Shown in pieces: positions 37,342 through 49,340 of a stretch of 64,000 bases of DNA (positions within the stretch are counted from its first letter, which is position 1; every line of letters begins with the position of its first letter). Source of the DNA: Octopus bimaculoides. Taxonomy: Eukaryota. Made by a program: the position numbers and the translations under genes. The stretch is taken from NCBI RefSeq assembly GCF_001194135.2, contig NC_068985.1:77569726-77633725 (forward strand), in the 5' to 3' direction. The notes beneath the pieces were generated by a model that searched no databases, was not told the origin of the DNA, and worked only from the letters and a program-made list of their open reading frames with translations.

Positions 37342-39176
37342 AAAAAAAAAAAGTACTGATCCCAGATCTACCTTTCATTCTGTCAACATCAGTAGTGGCA
37401 ACCCAAAGAAAATACTAGATACGAACTATGTCAGATTCGAGTAGTTTCTGTGTTGTTAGTATTTTTATTATTGTTGTCTTAGCTCCAGTTCAGTCCTAGC
37501 TGAGTAGTCCTATATTCAAGACAACTCTTTTGTAAAAATATGTTGGATTATATTATCTGATTTGTTACTTTCTATGATGGTTGAAAGGTTGAATGTTTTA
37601 GTAGAGTCATTAGAATATCCAGTAGTATACTAGTATACCTTGTGATATCCATTCCAGATCACTGTGCTCTGATGAGATCAATTTTGCCTTTTGTCCTTAT
37701 GGGGTCAATAAATAATGTATTACTGTATATACTTGTGGATAGATCACACCTTTAGTTCGAAGTTGTCAAAGTAGGTATTTGTAGTTGATTCACAGATAGG
37801 TTGCACTATAATCTGGGGAGTTACATGGCTCTTTTTTTAATATAAATGTAACTAATATTTGTTAAATATTATCAAAGATTCACTTTTATTTCAAAACTTT
37901 GCTTCCAAATATTACAACATTTTTGCAGAAGTGACTTTATGAAATTAGTCCAATTGATAAATCAACTTGCCTGCTGATTCGTTCAGACCCCTGTGGTGTA
38001 GAGTGAATAGGTCTCTCTCCTGATTTTTATGGGAATTTTCAGTAAAGAAAATGCAACTTATCTGTGGGTACATACAGTAGTCCAGTACTGGTTTTGGGAT
38101 GGCAGCAATTCTTTTTCTCTCCTTTCTTCCTTTTTCATCACTTTGTTATTCTTATTAATTTTTTTTCTTTTCACCCTTTCTTGTTTTCACCCTTTTTCTT
38201 CTCGCTCTTTTTTCTTCACCTTTTTCCTTCTTTGTCTTCACCTTCTGCATTTACACATTCTATTTCTTTGTCATCTTCTTCACCTTCTTTCCCCTTCTCT
38301 TCACTTTATATTAAATCATCAATGTCCAAACCTTGAGGGATGACCACTATCAGGATTTAAAATGTCCACGACCTCCCATAACTCATAATGGTATTCCAAC
38401 TGCCATGACCACCCCCAAGAGGGTATAATGTGATTTCAGGGAGATATTGCTTTATTGGCTATTTCTAGCAAGTTGGTGACTATGTAGAGGGCCCCCATCA
38501 GCTGTACAGTAGGTAGTGAGTCATTTTCATAATCTATATTCAGTGATGTTATTTCTTATTATTTTCTTCATTTAATTTTGTTGTTGCTGTCCCAGCCATT
38601 AGTGTTGAAAAACAATTCATTTGGTTGGCTGTTCTGTGTTTGATGATATATTACCATTGGTTAAACCAGGATGGGATGTGTAAAGTACTCTTGTCGGGGT
38701 TTGCCTGTGTAATGGGAATTAGAAATATTCAGGGTGGCTATGTTTTGTTTGTTTTTAATACTTTATTTTAAAGGGGAGTGGAGTGGGATACGGATACTTT
38801 ATGGGTGGTTGGAGTTGCAGTCAGAGAACAGGATGCAGTGGGTGGGATGAGGAAATGTGTTAGTATGAATGGAATATTGGGTGTGGATATGATACTCATG
38901 CCCGATTTATACAGAATACTGTGTTAACTAAGTGATATTGAGAATCTAGAGCAGTGGTGGTAGTGATGGTGACGGGAGTGGTGTAAACAGAGTCCATGAA
39001 ATGTTAGCTGTTCTGGAGGTGTGTATATATCATGGAAATGTTAGGTGCTGGTATTTAATATTTTCTGTCTGCTCAGTTGGTGTACTGGTTCTAAAGTAAA
39101 AACATGTTATTTAAGGGCTTTCATGTTAGCCGAGCAGACAGTGCGTAGTTTGTACTTGGTATATTTCTGTCTGAAG

Positions 39177-39429
39177 CAGGAGCTCTCAGCCATTTTTTTT
39201 TTTTTTGCTTGTGGACCCCTTTCTTTCCCCTATTTTATTCTACTGGCCTTCTATAGCCATTTGAAGTTTTAAAAAAAAACATTTTTTTATATATCATTAG
39301 GAATTGTGTAAAAAAATTAAACTATTTTGTGTATTATTGAAGTATAAACGATTTACTAAGCATAATTTTTTACAACTACATCTCATATGGACCCCAAAGG
39401 GTCATATGGGTCCCAGTTAAGAACCACTG
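39177..39429. mobile_element. hAT-type MITE (degenerate)
   Basis: Right end gttaagaaccactg, degenerate left end caggagctctcagcc, and subterminal ggacccc motifs. Confidence 0.5.
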
Positions 39430-39619
39430 ATCTACGGTATGATTTAGTGCTTATTCACGTATAAGAGCTTATGTAATCGCTAAATATTTTCCTAGATACA
39501 AAAAAAAAAAAAAACTTAAATAGCTACTACTAACTGAATGCACCCTACCCTATTGGGTAAGCTTATTGACTGAAAAACAAATTGATCAGAAAGCAAATTG
39601 ATTGGAAATGTATTATCTA

Positions 39620-39990
39620 TCTTTTATTTTTTACTTGTTTCAATCATTAGACTGTGGTCATGCTGGGGCACTGCCTCAAAAAAAAATTTTTTGTGAAATG
39701 AATCAACCACAGTACTTTTTTTTAAAGCCTGGTATTTATTCTCTTGGTCTCTTTTGCTGAACTGCTAAATTATGGGGATGTAAACACACCAACACCAGTT
39801 GTCAAGTGGTGATGGAGGACACACACACACACATGACAGGCATCTTTCAGTTTCCGTCTACCAAATCCACTTACAAGACTTTGGTTGGCCTGAGACTATA
39901 GCAGAAGACACTTGCCGAAGGTGCCACACAGTGGGACTGAACCTAGAACCGTGTGTTTGGGAAGCAAGCTTCTCACCACACAGCCATGCC
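39620..39990 (-). mobile_element. Family O SINE
   Basis: Reverse-complement similarity to 18866-19269. Confidence 0.75.
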
Positions 39991-40830
39991 TATTAGTTAG
40001 CAAAAAAGTAAACCAAAAGGTATATTTATTGAAAAATATTTATAGGAATACATATTGGCCATTTTCTTGTCATATTTCTATTGAAATACACTGTTTTTGT
40101 TCCAGGTAATTTTGGAAATAATGAAGAATTTTGTAAAATAGCTTTTACACTTTAAAGTTAGTATTTAGAACAAAAATTGAGATGAAATTTTGATGGAAGG
40201 TTTTGGTCTAGATCACATTAAACCAGATGTAGTTTCAGGCAGTTTTGTACCAAAAGGCTTGAAATTAAAAATTCTTAGATTCCAACCATTATTCTGCTTT
40301 TTCTTGGATTAATATTGTTTCTGATGAGTTATCTTTCAAAACAACTTGTTTTGCTAAGAATGTTTTTCTACAGGTATGTCTTTTGACCTGTGTTCTTCAG
40401 ACCAGTATATTTGTGATAAAATATGTTTTTAATGAATGTTCCTAAACCTTTCCAACAGCATTTAAAAGATTCTACTCTCACCAATGCCACCACTACAATA
40501 AATCAACACAGTACCCTATACAAAGAAAAATCTCAAAACTCAGTAGTATGTTAGGTAGCTATTGCTAATCTACATAAGTTGAACCTGTGAGAAACAAAAT
40601 AGGAATTTTAAAAGAAGTATTTGTAAAACTAGTTTTTAAACATCAAATGGCTGTGGGGGTCCATCAAAATAATCAAAAGGATCCATGGGTAAAAAAAATA
40701 GTTGAGAATCACTGTTCTATATAGTCACCCACTTGCTTAGGAATAATAGCCAATAAGAAAATACCACCAACTCTTTAATGACTCATGTTTGAGGTTTTGT
40801 ATCAGGATGATATACATCCTGATGCAAAAC

Positions 40831-40911
40831 CTGTTGATAAATAACACACATGTACAGCTGTTGATAAATGACACACATGTACAGCTGTTGATAAATGACT
40901 CACATGTACAG
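40831..40911. repeat. 27-bp tandem repeat x3
   Basis: ctgttgataaat(a/g)ac(a/t)cacatgtacag. Confidence 0.92.
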
Positions 40912-41190
40912 AAGCTTATAATATATCACAACACCCAATGGCAAAATGTTATAAGGAAGAAGAAAAAAAAGAAGCTATTTCATATTCAGGTGAAAAGAAA
41001 TTATTACTGGGGAATAGGTATTATGGAACGAGTAACTTGCCTATCATTGTGCAGATCTCACATACACAATATTTTGAGTGATGGAAAACTTCAGCCAGCT
41101 GAGATCAACCAAGCAATTAGACAAATTTCCATCAACAAGTTTTAAATATCTAAAAGTAGCAATCAAGGGGAGTGGGTAATTTCAATAAGA

Positions 41191-41277
41191 TAAAATGATA
41201 AAAATTTTGGACACTATAAAATGATAAAAATTTTGGACACTATAAAATGATAAAAATTTTGGACACTATAAAATGAT
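41191..41277. repeat. 26-bp tandem repeat x3.3
   Basis: taaaatgataaaaattttggacacta, three identical units. Confidence 0.92.
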
Positions 41278-41789
41278 TAAAATGGGTTTGGTCTTGTGTC
41301 TTCTATCACAGTACAGTCTCAGTGAGCAACATTTAATTCCTAGATTACAACCAGTTCACTTCTCTTACACTGTTAATGACCTAAACAAAATCAACAACGC
41401 CACACACCCATCTGCTTTAAAATTAGTATTTGGGTTGAGTGAGAACTGCCTTGTATCCAGTGATGCCAAAACATTCTTACTGTTTCTAGTTGAGTAGCTT
41501 TCTTTTGAGACATTTTGTTCTAATTCTGATTCACATTTTAGTTTCATCATTATCACTTTGTTTTTTCTCCCATCATGAGTTGCAAGGCCTCTTACTAATT
41601 TACAGTCCTTCATCATTTAGCATACATGATCAGCTAACTTTGTTGTTGTGTATGTCATTTTTAGCATGGTTTTTACAGCAAGACACTCTTCCAAATCACC
41701 AATCTTTTCACAATATGGACCAGGTGCATTTTATCATGCTATTGGCACAAAATGCCTGTTAAAATAAAGAGTCCTTATTACCTTGTGCC

Positions 41790-42058
41790 AGTTTCTAAAC
41801 AGCTGCAATGATGCAGCAGCTGTGGGCTGGAAGAGGTCTCATGGCAGGCCTTGCACCAGATGGCTGGACATGAATGGAGAAGATTTCTAGAGGCTCAATG
41901 TCACTCACATTGGAGGATGCAGAAGGGCTAGCATGGGACAGCCAGTGCCGGAGAGCACTGGTGGACCTGATTGGCTCTCTACACATGATGATATCTCTGG
42001 GACCACTAACATGGGATAATCTCATCCCTATCAAGCAAGAGTATGATGCAAGCAAGCA
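41790..42058 (+). mobile_element. Degenerate RTE-type LINE 3' end
   Basis: WKRSHGRPCTRWLD and LAWDSQCRRALVDLIGS resemble the RTE C-terminus; caagcaag tail. Confidence 0.55.
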
Positions 42059-42134
42059 GTTTTTAAGTAGTTACTAAATGATTTGCTTGCTCTGCAGCTT
42101 GCTGAATCCATGTTCACTCATTTATTCTATTGTG

Positions 42135-42170
<36 letters not shown>

Positions 42171-42858
42171 ATACTTTAACCTCTCCACACTTGACATAAA
42201 GCCACTGCCCTCTCTCAAGTGCCCCCCCCACGTAATGTAGTAGGCTCTTTCTTTTTGTTCTTTTTTTTTCTTTTTTCTTTTTGTCATGCAAGTTAGTCAG
42301 CAACCTCACTTGTGGTAATTGCATAAGAAAAGCATCCAGTACATGGTGCAAAGTGGTTGGCATTAGGAAGAGCATTCAGCTTTAGGAACAATGCCAAAAC
42401 TGAGGGTTAAGCGACAAGAAAGGCATCTGGGTGTAGAAAATCTACCCCCAAAGAATTCCCATTCAAGTATGGAAAGGTAGGCATTAAATGATGATGCTGC
42501 TGATGATTTTGTCGTCCAAATAGGAGAAAGAGTGTACAGTACATATATATAGCAGAGTTTATTTATTTGTGCAGAGCTGATGATCCATTCTGTAGTCACT
42601 CAGAATCACTGGCTTTGAGCATTCTTTCAGGCTGCAGAAAAAAAAAGAAAAAAAGGGAGGGATGCGACTAGGAAATTTTTATCAATGGAGGAAATAATTG
42701 AGCTGTTTGTTAAAAATGCGGTCACCTATTCTATACAATTAATGATTAATTAAATGCTTTTTGTATTAGGTTAATAGATTAAGGGATGAAGTGGGTTTGT
42801 TGAGAGAAATGTGGATTTGTGTGAACTAAGTACACAAGTTGATGAGGTAGGCATGTAT

Positions 42859-42960
<102 letters not shown>

Positions 42961-43184
42961 TTATATTGTCTGCGTACAAACATACATACAAATATCCATA
43001 GACATATACATGTTTGTATATGTTTATGGATATTTGTTTATATATGTGGTTATGGTGAGAGGGTATATGAGTAGATGTTTCATTGGTTGCAGTGTTGATG
43101 TTAGAATGGTTGCTTGATAGTAATTAGTATTGGTAGTAGTATTAGTGGTAATGATGTTAGCTAGCATTATAATTATTGTGAAAG

Positions 43185-43400
43185 CAGTGAGGTGGCAGGA
43201 TCATTACCATGCCAGAAAAAAACACTTAGTGGCATATTCTTCTGACTTTACTTTCTGAGTTCAAATACTACCAGGGCCGACTTTGCCTTTCATCCTTTCA
43301 AGGGTCAATAAAATAGGTTCCAGTCAGGTATTGGTGTCAATGAAATCGACTAGACTCCCCAACCCAAATTTCAGGCATTGTGCCTATAGTAGAAAGGATT
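43185..43400 (+). mobile_element. Family A SINE
   Basis: Family A head, body and tail. Confidence 0.75.
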
Positions 43401-43967
43401 ATGATGGCGAGACTGGAAGTAGCATTAGTTGTTGTTTTTGTTGAGGCAGTAGTTGTATTGTTGCTGTTGTGGTAGTGGCAATGATCCTGGCTGCCATGTC
43501 TCTTGTAATGGTAGTAGTAGTAGACGCAGCAGCAGTAGTTCGTGGTAGTGGTAACTGTGTAGTGATGGTGTTCATAGTGGTATCATTAGAAATACTTTGA
43601 GTTATCTTATTACCTACTACTGCTGCCACCACCACCACCACCACTCCACTTTTTCCTCCTCTTCCTCCACCCCTCAGTGGTGCTTAAATTAGACTTGTAG
43701 TCTACTCTTGATTGTTGTGTAACTACTGAAACCATTGAGAAATCAATCAGCCAATCGCTCGTGTCAACCAGTTCACACCACCTCTCACACCCACTCCAGT
43801 CACCACTCTCTCTTATCTTGCTAACACCACTCACATGCTTTCTCTGACGCCTCATCCTCTTCACACCAAGTAACCCTGTGATTTGAGAGGTTCGTTAGGA
43901 ATGTGGTCACATATTTTAATACTGAGTTAATTAATTTGATTAATTAATTGTGCGTGTGTGAGTATGC

Positions 43968-43998
<31 letters not shown>

Positions 43999-45029
43999 TG
44001 TGCGCATATGTGTACTGGATACATTTGTGTTCAAGGTAAGTATCAATAATTTTAGAATCAGTTTTCTACTGAAATTGATTACCAATATGATAGATCTTCA
44101 TCATTAATGGGTGAGTGAATGGGTGGTTGGAAGAATTGGTAGTGTTGTGGGCGAAATATGTTTTGTTTGGTTTTTAGACACACCTCTTTACATTCTGAGT
44201 TCAGATTCCACCAAGCAGTTCAACTTCATCCTTCAAGGCTCAGTATAATAAGCAGCAGTTAAATACTGTGGTAAATTTAAATGACTATATCTAGTTTAAA
44301 GATGTGAATTTACACTAATAATAATAATAATAATAATAATAACAATCATTACCAATATTTTTACATTAGCCTTCCAATTGGTATGGGTTGGTTGAGATGT
44401 TTTGAGTTTCTATTCTATGGCTGGATTCCCTTCCTGATGCCAGCTTTTATTTTCCAATTAAGTTTACTCCCGCCCCCTCTTTAAAAAAAAAAAAATTGTA
44501 AGTTAAATCACAGGAGAATGTTTCATTCCTGGGAGACTTAAACATTGTCACTACTTGCAAAACTTTGTCAATGTGTGAAGACACATGGATACAGACATGC
44601 ACATGACATGCTTCCATACAATTTCTCTGTATCAAATTTCACTCACAAGGCATTGGTCATCATGAGACTGCAGTAATAAAACATGCATCCAACTTGCCCC
44701 GTAGTGGTATTGAATTCCAAACCATGTAGTTTTGAAGCAACCTTCTTAACCACACAGCCATTCTTCTGCCTACTGTTGTGAAGTTATTTCACTTGTTTCC
44801 TATCCTGAAATTTGCTGTTGTGTGCTTTTGTTGTAAATCATAATCTAATTATTGACACTAAAGTTACTAAAGTAGCAGAACTGAGACAGTGCTCGACTAA
44901 ATATTTTGTGACATTTAGCTATATTAACAACAAAGCTGTTATTTTGTTTACTTGGCAACAGAAAAGGCATCTGGCCACAGAGAATCTTCTCAAATCTATC
45001 AGACCCATGCAAGCATGGAAAAATAGACT

Positions 45030-45258
45030 TTAACCCTTTAGCATTTAAACTGGCCATATCTGGCCCAAATACTTCTCTCTGTTTTGTGTTCAAACTAGTC
45101 AGATCCAGCTTTTAGCACCTATCTTATAATGTCATTCTGAAAATAAACAACCACATCATCAAAATCTCAAAACTACAAGAAAATGCATGATTAATTAAAA
45201 ACAGTGTGATTAAAAAGGCATTACATTTGATAAAGCAATCTGAATACGAAAGGGTTAA
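45030..45258. mobile_element. piggyBac-type MITE, family D
   Basis: TTAA-CCCTTTAGCATTT ... TGAATACGAAAGGG-TTAA. Confidence 0.82.
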
Positions 45259-45368
45259 AACAATGATGATGGTTTAGTTATGTTCGATTATGTTTTCAGT
45301 TTAGCTCTTTTGATGCCAACCCATCTGAGACCACCCTGGGTTCCATGTTATAAACTTCCTGTTTATAT

Positions 45369-45537
45369 CAGTGCTCTGCAACCGTTTCCAACTTGTGATA
45401 CACTTATATCATTTTCAAAATTCGGCAGCACACCTGATCAAAAAATGTAACTAAAAGTACAGGGGAAAAAAATTATATTGAGGTTACACTGCAGCACACC
45501 TAGCATCATCTTGTGGAACACCAGTAGCAGAGCACTG
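45369..45537. mobile_element. hAT (Buster-type) MITE
   Basis: TIRs cagtgctctgcaac / gtagcagagcactg (13/14); flanks GTTTATAT / ATCTATAT (6/8, TA at positions 4-5). Confidence 0.75.
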
Positions 45538-45794
45538 ATCTATATTAAAAAATGTACATGTACATATATACACAGACACATAAGGTGGCGAGCTGGCAGA
45601 ATTGTTAGCATGCTGGGCAAAATGCTGAGCAGCATTTTGTCTTTCTTTATGTTCTGAGTTCAAATTCCAATGAGGTTAATTAACTTGGCCTTCCATCTTT
45701 TTGTGATCAATAAAATATGGTGTAATTGACCCCCCCCCCCCNNNNNNNNNNNNNNNNNNNNNNNNNNNNNNNNNNNNNNNNNNNNNNNNNNNNN

Positions 45795-45838
<44 letters not shown>

Positions 45839-46698
45839 ACATACACATATACATACACTTTTGGACCTATTTCCCAATGTATCCCTTTTAAATCTACAGT
45901 TGTCTTCCCCACCTCTGATACCCTTTTATCTCTATCAGTTATGCTGCTCACCCTGTCTTCTTTTCATTTACAATGGTGCTTGTGTAATTAAGGATGGTAT
46001 TCAACTTATCTAATCATCTAGGCAGTTACCATACCACCTGAGTACCATGGGATAGTATTATTAAACCTGCTCATTTTCAATCTTCCTACCCATCACTTTT
46101 CCTACCACTCTTGCCTTTGATGAGGCCTATAGACCTGTCTGTATCTGATGCACCCTAGTCATCAGTCTGTCTTCCTTCAGCCACTTGCTATTGACAGCCA
46201 TCACTCACTCTTACTATTGTCCACCTCTATTACTATCTGTCAGTTTTTTCTCCCCATTTGTCATTCTCTTACACCAGTCATTGTTTCTACCATTATACTC
46301 TTAATCCTTCCACCCACCCATCATGGTTCTTCTGTCATCACTCTCTTTTCTACTCACCTTCTCAGTCACAGTGTCTTGAGTGAATAAATACATCATAGAG
46401 TAGTAAGGATATGTTTGTTTTACAAGGTAAGAGGTAATCTCTTTAGTGCTGGTGCCAAAATAAAGCGAACTCAGTACACTCTGTGAAGTAATTGCTGAAT
46501 GTATGAGACTTGTCAAAGGTATGACAACCTTTCTAGCTGTAGTGATAGGAAGAGCATCCAACTTTAAAATCCAGACCAAAGATGAAACGGAGGAGGAGTA
46601 ACTTCAAATAAGAACTGATTCAAATCTGAACACCCATCCAACTCATACCAACATGGAAAGCTGACATAAAATGATGATGGTGTTGACAGTTGACATCT

Positions 46699-46922
46699 TT
46701 AACCCTTTGGTATTTAAAAAAGCCATATCCATTCAGAATATTCCACCTGTTTTATGTTCTAACTGTCCAGCTCTGGCATCTTACACCTATCTTACTATGT
46801 CATTCTAAAAAATTAATAATCAGATCATGAATATCTCAAATCTGTGAGGTAATGCATGATTAATTAAAAACAATGTGAATAAATAAGCATTTGACAGAGT
46901 AATTTGAATGCTAAAGAGTTAA
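46699..46922. mobile_element. piggyBac-type MITE, family D
   Basis: TTAA-CCCTTTGGTATT ... AATGCTAAAGAG-TTAA. Confidence 0.8.
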
Positions 46923-47461
46923 AGTTGCTCAAGACGGATTGTTATTCTTATATTTGTGAAATGAACTTCCATAGATCTTCTTCCTTGTTTGTAGATTTCA
47001 GATGGAGTAGAACCAGCAAACCAGCCCAGGTACTTTGTTGTCAGTTGGCAGATGGCAATCTCCAATTCTTTGAGAGTCAGAGATGCTGACAGCCTCTGTT
47101 GGGTGGGGAACATGGGAAGAGCATAGCAGTCATCAGAGGTAGTTAGTGGTCTGTGCAAAAGAGAATAGAATGCTAGCTTATTGGTTAGGGTGTTGGATGC
47201 TTGGTCTTGTGATTGTGGGTTTGATTCCTGAACTGGGCAAAGTACTTCGTTTTATACTGGTTCAGTCGACTCAGCTGAAAATGAAAACCAGCCACCTCTT
47301 CCTTTATATTAGATGTTTCAGTGAGTCAAAGGTTGAAGGGCTGAGAGGATATTTTTATCTGCTTCCAACTACGTAGACATCTAAAACAATTGGTGAAAAC
47401 GTAGCACCTGCTACTAAGTCATACTTACAAGTAACAGCTTTTCTTTACATTCACACATGCG

Positions 47462-47517
<56 letters not shown>

Positions 47518-47790
47518 TATATAAGCACAAGCAAAAAATGATAATGATTTTCTTCTTTTGGTGAAGAACTGAGCTCATATCACTTTATACTTCCCATTAA
47601 CATCTACTAACTGTATACAGTCAGTTATAACCCCAATATTATTTTGCTGCAAGACCAAATATGATTTTATTATAATAACGCAAAATTAGCATTTAAAATT
47701 TTTATATACTAAATAGTAATCAAAATGTGGTGTTATATACAATTTTTATCTTGTTAACTTATACATTACTATTTCCATTTACTTTTCCAG

Positions 47791-48093
47791 ATTCTACAGA
47801 CAGCAATACATTGTTTGCGGAAGCAAATGGTATCATTATGATACCATGCAGTGAAACGTCTGAAAATGTTGCAGCGGTCAAGTGGTACATAAATGACCAG
47901 CTCCTCATCGGCCATGACCTCAATCCAAAACCCAGTGCAGTGAATGGCGATAAAGCAGGAGTGTCAGTGGGTGAAGACTATAGTCTTACACTGACGGACC
48001 TTAGTTTGAATGACACTGGAAATTACACATGTAGGCTTGTCAGTACCAATGGGGATTCCATCAGCAATGTAACCCGTGAAGTTGTCATTCGAG
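47791..48093 (+). CDS. Ig V-like domain exon of an Ig-superfamily cell-surface/secreted protein
   Basis: Acceptor tttccatttacttttccag ends at 47790 and donor GAG|GTGAGT starts at 48094; 303 nt, phase 1-1. Translation (D)STDSNTLFAEANGIIMIPC...VKWYIN...YSLTLTDLSLNDTGNYTCRLV...VVIR(G) has the B-strand Cys, C-strand Trp and D-x-G-x-Y-x-C motif, 60 residues between the cysteines, and three N-x-T sequons. Confidence 0.93.
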
Positions 48094-48733
48094 GTGAGTC
48101 TGTATTTCTTTTGGTCATCCTCACCATCTGTCATTGTCATCAAAGAGAAGACAGAAGGCAGCAGTGTCATCATTTTGTTGTCATCATCTTTTGTTGGCTT
48201 TGTCTTTCATCTGTCTCTCTGGGGGTCAATAAAATAGGTACCAGTCAAATACAAGGATCAATGTAATCTACTACCTCCTCCCATCAAAATAGCTAACCTT
48301 GGTTGAGGTGGCTTGGGATTGTTTTGCGGAATTTGTTCTGGCTCTTTTCCTTTTGAGCTTAGATCCCAACTTTACATCCTGAGTTCAAATTTCACCAAGG
48401 TTGACTTTGCCTGGCATCCTTTCAAGGTTGATAAAATAAGTACCATTTGAGTACTGGGGTTGATGTAGTCAATTAACCCTTTCCTCAAAAATCTCAGGCC
48501 TTGTGCCTAAAGCCGAATGGATTATTATTAAGGTAACAAGCTAGCTGAAGTGCTTGGGCACCAAACAAAAGACTTAGCGGCATTTTGTCTGTCATTAGAT
48601 TCTGAGTTCAAATTACACTGTGGTCAACTTTTTCACTATCAGATCTAATACATTGATTTTATTGCAGTACTAAATTATTCAGTGAGGTAACGCATACTTC
48701 ATTTTATTCAAGATGGATTTTATAACAATACTT

Positions 48734-48893
48734 ACACTCTCGGAGTGGTTGGCATTAGGAAGGGCATCCAGCTGTAGAAACTCTGCCAAATCAGATTGGA
48801 GCCTGGTGTCGCCTCCTGGTCCACCAGTCCTCAGTCAAATCATCCAACCCATACTAGCATGGAAAGTGGACATTAAATGACGATGATGATGAT
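48734..48893 (+). mobile_element. Family B SINE 3' part
   Basis: Matches 5500-5667; (GAT)n tail. Confidence 0.8.
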
Positions 48894-48959
48894 TTACCTT
48901 ACCTGTTATCCCAACATTTTGTCTTGAGTGGGGAGATCATTGCGATCAGTTCTAAGTGT

Positions 48960-49340
48960 TTGGTCTTCAATCCATTCTGATAGAATTATTGTCTTCAGAT
49001 TGTCAGGTTAAGTGACTGTGTATCCACCTGCACTATAACCAAGCTGATTTACAATAACATCAATGACTTTTTCCTTGACTACCTCAGTTTCAGTATTTCT
49101 TGTACTAGGTATCACTTCTGCAGTGGAGGGATGTTTTGCATCATCTGAACATGACCATTGGCCTGAACATATACTTGAATCTGTTGGATATCCATGTCAG
49201 TCAACAGCTTATTTTTCATTATGATGTTCCTGTGAACATTAGCTAACATATTGCTATTTATGTTTGATCTATTGGTAAGGGTTTTATCTTCTGCCAGTTT
49301 AAGTATGTTCGCTCTGTATTAGATCTACCCAATGGAAAGT
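48960..49340 (-). mobile_element. Possible R4/Dong-clade LINE N-terminal relic
   Basis: Minus strand NINSNMLANVHRNIIMKNKLLTDMDIQQI resembles the N-terminal block I associate with R4/Dong ORFs. Recognition only; no search was run. Confidence 0.45.

Noticed and set aside
38029-38343. Very hydrophobic F/L-rich ORFs resembling membrane proteins
   Set aside because: Product of a pyrimidine-rich low-complexity tract; no splice or homology support.
40321-40345. CTGATGAG as a hammerhead core
   Set aside because: No stem II closing onto GAAA and no stem I.
40831-41277. CRISPR-like arrays from the 27-bp and 26-bp repeats
   Set aside because: Units are directly adjacent with no spacers, and the context is a eukaryotic intron.
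43399-43864. Minus-strand T/A/G-rich ORFs suggesting a mucin-like exon
   Set aside because: Degenerate trinucleotide (GTA/GTG/CAC) low-complexity sequence extending from a SINE tail; no splice signals recognised.
44031-44041. Perfect donor AAG|GTAAGT
   Set aside because: No credible upstream acceptor or ORF; it follows a (TG)n tract, so chance is likely.
46995-47138. Candidate small exon before the Ig exon (tttcag|ATGGAG...CCCAG|gtactt)
   Set aside because: None of the acceptor/donor combinations I tried (28, 35, 137, 144 nt) keeps an open phase 1-1 frame.
47727-48266. 179-aa ORF with an apparent hydrophobic N-terminus and C-terminal tail as a single-exon gene
   Set aside because: It starts at a non-ATG codon; the hydrophobic ends are the polypyrimidine tract and intron read-through. 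Canonical splice sites delimit 47791-48093 exactly around the Ig fold.
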